Of a DNA stretch of 53,705 bases, positions 7,933-15,073 are shown piece after piece. Below the pieces are notes generated by a model that worked only from the letters and a program-made list of their open reading frames with translations, ran no database searches and was not told where the DNA came from. Both the position numbers and the translations under genes were made by a program. Numbering within the stretch: position 1 is the first letter of the stretch; every line of letters starts with the position of its first letter. Source of the DNA: a virus (lineage: Duplodnaviria; Caudoviricetes); IMG/VR virus record IMGVR_UViG_3300032116_014300, positions 1 through 53,705 of that record. One strand, 5' to 3'.

Positions 7933-8016
7933 AGCTCCCGGTGGGATTCGAACCCACAGCGTTTCTTAAGTGCTGGTTTACAAAACCAGTGCAATCAGCC
8001 ATTATGCGACAGGAGC
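7933..8016 (-). tRNA. tRNA-Thr(UGU) with 15-nt variable region
   Basis: Loop TTTGTAA; variable CACTTAAGAAACGCT. Confidence 0.85.
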
Positions 8017-8078
8017 ATAGGATATCAGCAACGTTATGGATTCTCGCACATCCCTGATATCCAAGCGAGATAAATAAA

Positions 8079-8265
8079 ACACAGCGGGAAAGATGTTGTC
8101 CTGAAATATACTGGCATGTGTAGATATCCATCAATGCCCGTCCGATAGATAACTACGCCTCCCCATCGTCGTTATTCATTCTCAAATATATAAGCGGGTT
8201 TATATATTTTTCACCGAATGTCTTTCCATACGACCACTAACCGAGTAAGACTCGTCCTGCTATGT
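8079..8265 (-). ncRNA. candidate structured ncRNA (~187 nt)
   Basis: Ends pair (ACATAGCAGGA/TCCCGCTGTGT); three internal arms. Confidence 0.5.
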
Positions 8266-8266
8266 T

Positions 8267-8650
8267 TTACCAATCGTAACCAAATTCTTTTAATCCAAAC
8301 TTATCATCAAACGTTTTATAATCTTGTGTAATCTCGTCACCAATATGTATGTCTCGTGACGCAATTGCAGTATTACCATCTTCCGTAAAGATACAATTTG
8401 GGTTATCGGAATGATTAATATATTTTTCGTTATCAATACAAATAATATATTCTCCGTTTTCTACCCAACCATATCGTTTGAAAATATCTTGACATACTGA
8501 CGGAAGTGCTTCTACAACAGCCGGCGATATTTTTTGATCTATCCCATCGTGCCATTGCCATACAACACCACCCATAGGAACAAACTCTTCACTAAAAACT
8601 CCTAATCCGTGTATCGGACTCGGTGCTAGTTTATTTTTAATCATTAACAT
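8267..8650 (-). CDS. SET-domain protein (lysine methyltransferase-like)
   Basis: SPIHGLGVF, YINHSDNPNC, RDIHIGDEITQDY. Confidence 0.92.
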   Translation of the reverse strand: MLMIKNKLAPSPIHGLGVFSEEFVPMGGVVWQWHDGIDQKISPAVVEALPSVCQDIFKRYGWVENGEYIICIDNEKYINHSDNPNCIFTEDGNTAIASRDIHIGDEITQDYKTFDDKFGLKEFGYDW

Positions 8651-8662
8651 ACAACCTCCATA

Positions 8663-8734
8663 AGCGTGTGGTGGGAGTCGAACCCACGTCTCTAGCTTGG
8701 AAGGCTAGGATAATAGCCGTTATATGACACACGC
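8663..8734 (-). tRNA. tRNA-Gly(UCC)
   Basis: Loop CTTCCAA; U73. Confidence 0.92.
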
Positions 8735-8739
8735 AACAA

Positions 8740-8814
8740 TGGTCCTTGAGGGACTTGAACCCCCGAATCGGCTGATTATGAGTCAGCTGCTTTGACCAAC
8801 TTAGCTAAAGGACC
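8740..8814 (-). tRNA. tRNA(CAU), probably Ile2 (lysidine type); elongator Met not excluded
   Basis: Loop CTCATAA; GGTCCTT acceptor resembles Ile2; no initiator features. Confidence 0.85.
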
Positions 8815-9251
8815 GAATTATAAGAATTGATTTGTTTTAATGTTGCATATTTCCTTCGCAGTTCAACATTACGAGAATCTGTTTTTGGAAATTTTTTGCT
8901 ACCACCTTTATATGTTTCGGTTTGACTGTGACAATTTGGACATAATAACCTAAGATTTTCTGGATAGTTATTGTCTGGATTTCCGTCAACGTGATCAACT
9001 TGAAGTGTTATAGGTTGATTATTCCAATTTGATAATTTACAAACGACACATTCGTATCCAAAATCTTCTATCAAAAACTTTCTAATAGCAGGACGATGTT
9101 TTAATTTACCTTGAACATATAATTCTCTATTAGTTTTTTTATTACTTACCACACGAGCATCTGCCGAACATTTTAAACTACAATATTTTCCAGTTTGTTG
9201 TGAAGGTGAGTATGTAAAATCAACACCACAATACATGCAATTACTTTTCAT
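8805..9251 (-). CDS. HNH homing endonuclease
   Basis: CxxC zinc motifs; LQVDHVDGNPDNNYPENLRLLCPNCH. Confidence 0.92.
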   Translation of the reverse strand: MKSNCMYCGVDFTYSPSQQTGKYCSLKCSADARVVSNKKTNRELYVQGKLKHRPAIRKFLIEDFGYECVVCKLSNWNNQPITLQVDHVDGNPDNNYPENLRLLCPNCHSQTETYKGGSKKFPKTDSRNVELRRKYATLKQINSYNSVL

Positions 9252-9310
9252 AATAAAATTGGTTAGAGTACGACCATCATACTATAAGTAGTCTAACTCT
9301 AACAAAAAAG

Positions 9311-9385
9311 TCCGCCCCACTGGACTTGAACCAGTATATCTTTCGTGTATAAGACGAATGCTGTCACCAATTTAGCTAGAGGCGG
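9311..9385 (-). tRNA. tRNA-Ile(UAU)
   Basis: Stem TTCGT/ACGAA, loop CTTATAC. Confidence 0.88.
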
Positions 9386-9392
9386 GTATTCA

Positions 9393-9466
9393 TGCTTCCA
9401 CTAGGATTCGAACCTAGACCTAAAAGATTAAAAGTCTCTTGTGCTAACCGTTGACACTATGGAAGC
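9393..9466 (-). tRNA. tRNA-Lys(UUU)
   Basis: Loop CTTTTAA; canonical T-loop. Confidence 0.9.
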
Positions 9467-9476
9467 AGTACATCAG

Positions 9477-9559
9477 TGCTCCGAGCCGGAATCGAACCGG
9501 CAAGCTTATTAGGCGGAAGATTTTAAGTCTTCTGTGTTTACCGATTTCACCATCGGAGC
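9477..9559 (-). tRNA. tRNA-Leu(UAA)
   Basis: Loop CTTAAAA; variable arm. Confidence 0.93.
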
Positions 9560-9564
9560 AAATA

Positions 9565-9638
9565 TGGGTAGTGACGGATTCGAACCGCCGACCCTCTGCG
9601 TGTAAAGCAGATGCTCTAACCAGCTGAGCTAACCACCC
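9565..9638 (-). tRNA. tRNA-Val(UAC)
   Basis: Loop TTTACAC. Confidence 0.95.
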
Positions 9639-9641
9639 TCA

Positions 9642-9714
9642 TGGACCTAGACGGGATCGAACCGACGACCTTTCGCTTGCAAAGCGGACGCTCTCCCAGC
9701 TGAGCTATAGGCCC
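9642..9714 (-). tRNA. tRNA-Ala(UGC)
   Basis: G3:U70; loop TTTGCAA. Confidence 0.95.
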
Positions 9715-9732
9715 AACTTCATTTCTATTACA

Positions 9733-9803
9733 TAGGCCCAGGTGGTACTGCCCCACCGACTCTTGATCCAAAGTCAAGCGTATTACTATTATACTATGGG
9801 CCA
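9733..9803 (-). tRNA. tRNA-Gln(UUG), non-canonical D/T loops
   Basis: Loop CTTTGGA; T-arm GGTGG-GGCAGTA-CCACC. Confidence 0.75.
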
Positions 9804-9805
9804 AT

Positions 9806-9873
9806 AGCAGGGGGAGGTTATTCAGATGTTTACCAGACACCCAAGGAAACCGACATTCTAGACTGTCCCCCGC
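9806..9873 (-). ncRNA. candidate degenerate tRNA-like RNA lacking a T-arm
   Basis: GCGGGGG/CCCCTGC closing stem; GGTGT-CTGGTAA-ACATC arm. Confidence 0.35.
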
Positions 9874-9987
9874 AACCTTTTGCAACAATCCAATCATGTT
9901 GCCGATATATATCACTTAACACTGGATATACTCAGCGATAGAGTTTTCGGTTTAACGTCAACTACTCTATGAAACTGACGGGATAAG

Positions 9988-10059
9988 TACGGCGTGCGGG
10001 AATCGAACCCGCCTTCTAGCCTTGAAAGGGCTATGTCCTGACCGATAGACGAACGCCGC
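9988..10059 (-). tRNA. tRNA-Glu(UUC)
   Basis: Loop CTTTCAA. Confidence 0.93.
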
Positions 10060-10167
10060 ATAGTGGGGTTGATAACTCCTCTGGTTATGTAACCCACTCT
10101 GGTTACCAACCCCGTGCTTCTTTCATATTTCACTTGTCAAACAACGTATCGTTCACTCAACTCTTGT

Positions 10168-10196
10168 AATATAACCCCGTATACATCGTTTGTCAA
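10168..10196 (-). promoter_or_regulatory. sigma70-type promoter of main tRNA array
   Basis: TTGACA-17-TATATT. Confidence 0.8.
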
Positions 10197-10207
10197 GGGG
10201 TCAGTTT

Positions 10208-10381
10208 TTACTCGTAATCGTCGTAATCGTAAATCTCGTACGGGTTCAATAGCTCATCATCGGGAATAATTTCTTCGTAATGCTTTCTGTTCTTTCTCGG
10301 AACACTCTTACCAGCAACGTCTTCTTCCTTATGACGAACCTTCTTGTCATACTTCCGCTGATCCTTATATGTCTTACCCAT
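10208..10381 (-). CDS. 57 aa protein, basic N-half and acidic/Tyr-rich C-tail
   Basis: MGKTYKDQRK...YEIYDYDDYE; GGAGG upstream; not in ORF track. Confidence 0.7.
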   Translation of the reverse strand: MGKTYKDQRKYDKKVRHKEEDVAGKSVPRKNRKHYEEIIPDDELLNPYEIYDYDDYE

Positions 10382-10550
10382 ACGACTTTACGTCCTCCAC
10401 GTTAAGTTCCAGTTCTACGTCTGGATTTGAAAGTAATTTGATTAATACCGTACATCGTTCGTTGGTTTTCCGAAAGCAATCATCTATGACAGTTGCTCTC
10501 CAACCTTTCCACCATCCGTTATTGATGATGACCGTATCTCCGATAGTCAT
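10374..10550 (-). CDS. 58 aa KOW-motif protein (NusG C-terminal-domain-like)
   Basis: IGDTVIINNGWWKGWRATV...VELELNVEDVK; not in ORF track. Confidence 0.6.
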   Translation of the reverse strand: MTIGDTVIINNGWWKGWRATVIDDCFRKTNERCTVLIKLLSNPDVELELNVEDVKSYG

Positions 10551-10559
10551 ACATATCTC

Positions 10560-11723
10560 TTAGAACTTGATTTCCCACGGATTCTCCCCGCCAAGATCAG
10601 TGGGGAGATATTTCTGGACCAACTGTCGCATGTAGGTCCGTTCGGAATCGGCACCACCTGCGTCACTGAAGAAGGGATAGATACAGACCTCTGCTGCTTC
10701 TGCGAGAGTGAATCCATCGTGGATCAGTCCAGCCATCTCTACCGTCATGCGGGACGAGATAGAGGTAGTAACCTTCGGATCATCGGAACGAACCTGCGAC
10801 CGTGTAGTGGAGGCAATTTCAGCAATTGCGTTAATATCTTTCTGGGCAAGATTGGGATACGTCATAGAGAGCAGTCGGGACTCATCATCCTTACTGAGCG
10901 GTTCCATCTCCACGATTGCTGCAAACCGATCCAACATGGCACGATCCAGAACACGAGTTGCGGTATACTCACTTCCGATATTTGCCGTAGCGATAAAGGT
11001 AACGCCCTTTGCCACCTTAATCGTCGGAGTATCGGGACGTTCGTCAATACGAAGGTACCGCTGGTTCTCGTCAAGTACCGTGATCAGAATATTCCATGCG
11101 TCAGGCGTAGCGCGGGTCAACTCGTCCATCAGAATAATTGCGTTTGGCGTCTGAATGGCCTGACAGAACAGTGCGTCGGCCACGAACGTTCCACGATCCT
11201 TACTGTAGTGCGTGTTGCCGATAAGAGCAGAACGTGGATCGGTAGTCGCGCCGAGATTGAAGTAGAAGAAGGGACGACCGTCAAGAGCCTTAGCAACCGA
11301 CTGTACAGCAAGAGTCTTACCGCAACCAGACGGACCCGTCATCATGATATTCTTGCCACGAACAACAGACCGCATCAAATACTTCCACTTGAGATCAGAC
11401 AGAATGAGATTGGTTGGACGAAGAGTATTACTCTTGGCGAGGAACTGCTCAACATCTTCATGCATTTCATCATTCCGATTATCCACGTTATCTAGCACCA
11501 CTGCCGCCTTTTTGAGTTCGTTATAAACCGAAATATCCTCACTGCGCCACTGCGTCCCGCCAGTCTTGGTTGCTACCATACGAAGACAGATGTTCTTGTC
11601 ATTCTTAAGTGCCCGTACCTTGTGGGCCGGGAGCTTCTTGGAATAATCATTACCATTTTGGTCAACGATCTTTCCCTCTACCAGTGCCACAAAAATGTCG
11701 GTACCACTCTTGGTCTTCGCCAC
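10560..11723 (-). CDS. MoxR/CbbQ-type AAA+ ATPase
   Basis: Walker A GPSGCGKT, Walker B ILMDE, ATAN, LDRAMLDRF. Confidence 0.93.
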   Translation of the reverse strand: MAKTKSGTDIFVALVEGKIVDQNGNDYSKKLPAHKVRALKNDKNICLRMVATKTGGTQWRSEDISVYNELKKAAVVLDNVDNRNDEMHEDVEQFLAKSNTLRPTNLILSDLKWKYLMRSVVRGKNIMMTGPSGCGKTLAVQSVAKALDGRPFFYFNLGATTDPRSALIGNTHYSKDRGTFVADALFCQAIQTPNAIILMDELTRATPDAWNILITVLDENQRYLRIDERPDTPTIKVAKGVTFIATANIGSEYTATRVLDRAMLDRFAAIVEMEPLSKDDESRLLSMTYPNLAQKDINAIAEIASTTRSQVRSDDPKVTTSISSRMTVEMAGLIHDGFTLAEAAEVCIYPFFSDAGGADSERTYMRQLVQKYLPTDLGGENPWEIKF

Positions 11724-11766
11724 GTGAAAATCTCCTATAAAGTGTTGTGTTGTTGATTACCTATAT

Positions 11767-11795
11767 AATATAACCTACTTACCACCGTTTGTCAA
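11767..11795 (-). promoter_or_regulatory. sigma70-type promoter
   Basis: TTGACA-17-TATATT. Confidence 0.8.
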
Positions 11796-13993
11796 GTACC
11801 CCGAGTTAATAACAATTTATTAAGGGTACGGAGTACTTCAGTTGCGTTTTCTACCGAGCAAAATACGGCATCTTCCCCGTACATTTTCTTAAATACTTCT
11901 TTTCCAATATTAGACCGATATTGTGAATAATTCCCGCCCATATCTTCGGAAATAAAGTAACTCAGTACCTTGACACCCTTTTCCTTAATTTGGTTGACCA
12001 TCGCACGAGTATGCTTGTGAGCAGTTTCACCGCCGTAATCAAACCAATCACGATCCGACTTATCCTTCACCGGCATACTCTTCTTATCGTAGGCAAATGA
12101 CGGTTCCCCATCGCTGAAGTTGATGAAGTATACATCGTGTGTATCGGCACATTCTGTAATCAGATCCAACGTTGCCTTGAAGCACAGACCCTCTGGGGTT
12201 CCACCTGCGGGTTCCAGAATACGCATGAACTTGAGACACTTATTGAAATGATCCACACGAGAATCGTATACGACATGAACAACGGGAATTTCTGATCCGC
12301 CACGAATACTGATTACTGCATCGACGTTGCGCATCTTGCTAGCAACATATCCGATTGCTACGGCGATAGTACGAACCTTCTGCCACTTTTTCCCACCCAT
12401 AGAGCCAGACGCATCAATCGTCAAGTGCAGCATGGCTGGACGATGTTGATCCACGCGAGACTTCTGGAATACCGACGTAATGTCCATACCCAACTGTGCG
12501 AGAAGCCGACGATCCAATCCACCCTGCGGGAGCCGTGTCTGTTTAGTCAGAAGTGGATCATTGCGTACTTGGAGACGATGAACAAGAATCTGACCGATAC
12601 GCTTACCTGCGGCAATTGCCTGCTCAGTGTACGGAGACGTACGTCCACTATCCCAACCATACCGTGAGAAAATAAACCAATCCTGCTTGAACAGTGATTC
12701 GTTCATCTTACGAGTCACCATGCACCGACCAAACGGAACACCGTGACCGGCAATATCCACGAGGTCTGCCTTGGACTCTTCGAATGCGTCAATTGCTGCA
12801 AGTTCTGCCTTGGTCACCTTCTTCTTAGAAAGTTCCCCGTTCATCATCTTTTTCAATTCTTTCTTTTCGTTCTTTGCACGAGTTTCGTTATACTTGACAG
12901 GATTCTTGCGAGGTGACGGTTCCACACCAGTGGGCGTCATCTCAGAAGGAGACGATGGTGCACCGTCAAGGTTCGGAAGTGATTCCAACAACGGATTGAG
13001 ATTGGGCGTAGACTGCTTACTCTCGCCCGTAGACTGACCATCCCCTTCACCATCCGGTGTACCATTCACTTCTTCTTTCTTATCTTGTTCAGCAAGTGCA
13101 ACGAATCTCAGAATGTGAGCAAAGATCTTGTTTGCTTCTTGCCACAAAATCGGCATATCAATAAACGAACAACTAGTCTTCCAAGCAGGCATGTTTTCCA
13201 GCACTCGTGGATCGTTCTCAGGCGCGACCCGATCAATATTCTGAATGTCAACGAGCTTCAACAAGGCCTCAAGACCAGGCATCGCATCAGGTTGTGCCGC
13301 CGGGTGAAACGCATAGAGCATGCGATCCAAATAATTCTCAATGGTAATCTCACGCCACTTCGGATTGAACTTGAGATTCTTCCCAACTTCAGCGGTAAAG
13401 AAATACTTATCGTACAGAGCACGATAGTAGGGACGATACCCACCTGCGTTCCGATACACATACTGGTCAATCCTACGATCTTCCAGAATATTCATGATAT
13501 CCCAGATATATCCAATCATCTGAGCAGCTGCTTCACCACGTTCCACAAATTTGGATGCAGTGGGAAGTGTCGCGGCAAGTTCGGGCATGAACATGTACTC
13601 GTATACGTCGGGCTTGAACGTATTTCCCATCCAATGTTGTGGGACGTACCCATTATACTTTTTGTACTTTCCAAGAATTTCCAAGAATTCAAAATTGGAA
13701 AGGAGAATATGGGAACCCTCGTGGAGCGCAAGTCCAACCATCGCATCAAACTTAGCGGGATTATCGTCGGCGGAAATAACCACTTCCTTGCCGTCCGTAT
13801 ATGAACTCTTCCCACTGGAAAACTTGACGGGAATATTCTTTCCGCTCATAATACTCACAAAGTTTCCGATAGCTCGACGGGCGGTCGCAAGACGGGCAAG
13901 TCGGAGAACTTGGGACTCTTCCTTACTGTCCAACTCGTCGTCAACCAGCAGATCATCGTCCAACCAATAATTTGAGTATTGTTCGGTTTTCAT
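11792..13993 (-). CDS. vWA (MIDAS) protein with N-terminal HEXXH metallopeptidase-like domain (CobT-like)
   Basis: LHEGSH, NILEDRRID, IDASGSM, GGTP, SDGEP. Confidence 0.9.
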   Translation of the reverse strand: MKTEQYSNYWLDDDLLVDDELDSKEESQVLRLARLATARRAIGNFVSIMSGKNIPVKFSSGKSSYTDGKEVVISADDNPAKFDAMVGLALHEGSHILLSNFEFLEILGKYKKYNGYVPQHWMGNTFKPDVYEYMFMPELAATLPTASKFVERGEAAAQMIGYIWDIMNILEDRRIDQYVYRNAGGYRPYYRALYDKYFFTAEVGKNLKFNPKWREITIENYLDRMLYAFHPAAQPDAMPGLEALLKLVDIQNIDRVAPENDPRVLENMPAWKTSCSFIDMPILWQEANKIFAHILRFVALAEQDKKEEVNGTPDGEGDGQSTGESKQSTPNLNPLLESLPNLDGAPSSPSEMTPTGVEPSPRKNPVKYNETRAKNEKKELKKMMNGELSKKKVTKAELAAIDAFEESKADLVDIAGHGVPFGRCMVTRKMNESLFKQDWFIFSRYGWDSGRTSPYTEQAIAAGKRIGQILVHRLQVRNDPLLTKQTRLPQGGLDRRLLAQLGMDITSVFQKSRVDQHRPAMLHLTIDASGSMGGKKWQKVRTIAVAIGYVASKMRNVDAVISIRGGSEIPVVHVVYDSRVDHFNKCLKFMRILEPAGGTPEGLCFKATLDLITECADTHDVYFINFSDGEPSFAYDKKSMPVKDKSDRDWFDYGGETAHKHTRAMVNQIKEKGVKVLSYFISEDMGGNYSQYRSNIGKEVFKKMYGEDAVFCSVENATEVLRTLNKLLLTRGT

Positions 13994-14021
13994 GTGTTCC
14001 TCATGTAGAAGGTATGTCTAT

Positions 14022-14050
14022 AATATAACCTTATAATACACAAAAGTCAA
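14022..14050 (-). promoter_or_regulatory. sigma70-type promoter
   Basis: TTGACT-17-TATATT. Confidence 0.8.
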
Positions 14051-14109
14051 CCCCCTGCCAACTTTTGTTACAATTGACAGGGGGTTATTACTATAAAATT
14101 ATATTATAA

Positions 14110-14280
14110 CTATGCTTCCATCAACTCATCGGGAGAGCAGGCAATTAATCTATTTCCAATTTCTACCATATAAAAAGTATGTCCACGGACCATATCAATT
14201 CTCCGAATAACGCCAATCTTTCCGTTATACGTGTGCTCTGCATGATCGTAAATCTGTACCATGTTACTTACATTGAACAT
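14110..14280 (-). CDS. 56 aa hypothetical protein, SH3/KOW-like pattern
   Basis: MFNVSNMVQIYDHAEHTYNGKIGVIRRID..; AGGGG RBS; not in ORF track. Confidence 0.6.
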   Translation of the reverse strand: MFNVSNMVQIYDHAEHTYNGKIGVIRRIDMVRGHTFYMVEIGNRLIACSPDELMEA

Positions 14281-14319
14281 AGGTGCCCCTTGTATGGTTG
14301 AAGGTACTACGGTGTACAG

Positions 14320-14393
14320 CCTCCCCGGAGAGATTCGAACTCCCGACCGTTCGCTTAGAAGGCGAATGCTCTATCCAACTGAGCTACGAGGAG
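14320..14393 (-). tRNA. tRNA-Arg(UCU)
   Basis: Loop CTTCTAA; A20. Confidence 0.95.
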
Positions 14394-14397
14394 AAAA

Positions 14398-14482
14398 CGG
14401 AAGGGGTGGGATTCGAACCCACGATAGGTTTCCCTATTCTTGTTTAGTAGACAAGTGCTATTAGCCGCTCTGCCACCCTTCC
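14398..14482 (-). tRNA. tRNA-Ser(ACU)
   Basis: Ser-type body (GGAAGGG, long arm ATAGG-GAAA-CCTAT, G73); CTTGT-CTACTAA-ACAAG. Confidence 0.88.
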
Positions 14483-14489
14483 AACAAAA

Positions 14490-14563
14490 TGCTTCCGGTG
14501 GGAGTCGAACCCACAAGACCAGGATTTTGAGTCCCGTACGTATGCCAGTTCCGTCACAGAAGC
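14490..14563 (-). tRNA. tRNA-Leu(CAA) with short variable loop
   Basis: Loop CTCAAAA; variable GTCTT. Confidence 0.88.
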
Positions 14564-14680
14564 AAACCATTACATTAGATCATTCTTGTGTCTTGATCGG
14601 CATGTTGAGCATCAAGACCATTTACCTATCACGCATGTATGCCCATGCAATAAAGGGAGACACATATCGTATCTCCCCTT

Positions 14681-14708
14681 AATATAACAATTATTCTATG
14701 TTTGTCAA
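14681..14708 (-). promoter_or_regulatory. sigma70-type promoter of second tRNA cluster
   Basis: TTGACA-16-TATATT. Confidence 0.7.
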
Positions 14709-15061
14709 GGGGTTGGTGTTGGTATAACTTCCCACGGCGGCGTCATTGGTCCTCGTGTGGGGTGTAATTTGTCTTGTATAGAGGCGCTTAAACTGCTTTT
14801 CATGTTGTTTATTGCTTCTTCCCCAAGTTTAGTTTCCACCCACCCAGTAACAATTTCTTTTGTTAAATCTTCAAACGGTACAAACGACCCCGTGTCAGGC
14901 GTTTCTAGTCCCACTGTTCCAATGTTTTGTACTAAAATACTTGAACTGACATGAGTTGCTTGTAACTGCCAGTGTACGACATTTACCACATTTGTTAGTG
15001 TATCTTCGTTATACACAACTTCCAGTGGATGAAAGTTCCAATTATATACTATTTCGTCCAT
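14705..15061 (-). CDS. phage hypothetical protein
   Basis: 118 aa; FVPFEDLTKEIVTGWV; GAGAGG RBS. Confidence 0.8.
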   Translation of the reverse strand: MDEIVYNWNFHPLEVVYNEDTLTNVVNVVHWQLQATHVSSSILVQNIGTVGLETPDTGSFVPFEDLTKEIVTGWVETKLGEEAINNMKSSLSASIQDKLHPTRGPMTPPWEVIPTPTP

Positions 15062-15073
15062 ATACCTCTCCTG

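Noticed and set aside
8020-8070. HDV-like theta ribozyme
   Set aside because: Only 6 nt lie between P2 and P1' on the transcribed strand, leaving no room for P3/L3, and it is 5' rather than 3' of the tRNA
7526-8134. ORF-track ORFs 7526-7765 and 7913-8134 (also 9616-9915, 9912-10133, 14355-14570)
   Set aside because: They overlap tRNA genes and are spurious translations of structured RNA
10708-13970. Long plus-strand ORFs (e.g. 10719-11495, 13085-13804)
   Set aside because: Antisense shadows of the AAA and vWA genes with no recognisable motifs
14398-14482. Amber suppressor (CUA) reading of the Ser tRNA loop CTACTAA
   Set aside because: The 5-bp stem and 7-nt loop place ACT at 34-36; long genes are intact in the standard code, so there is no sign of TAG recoding
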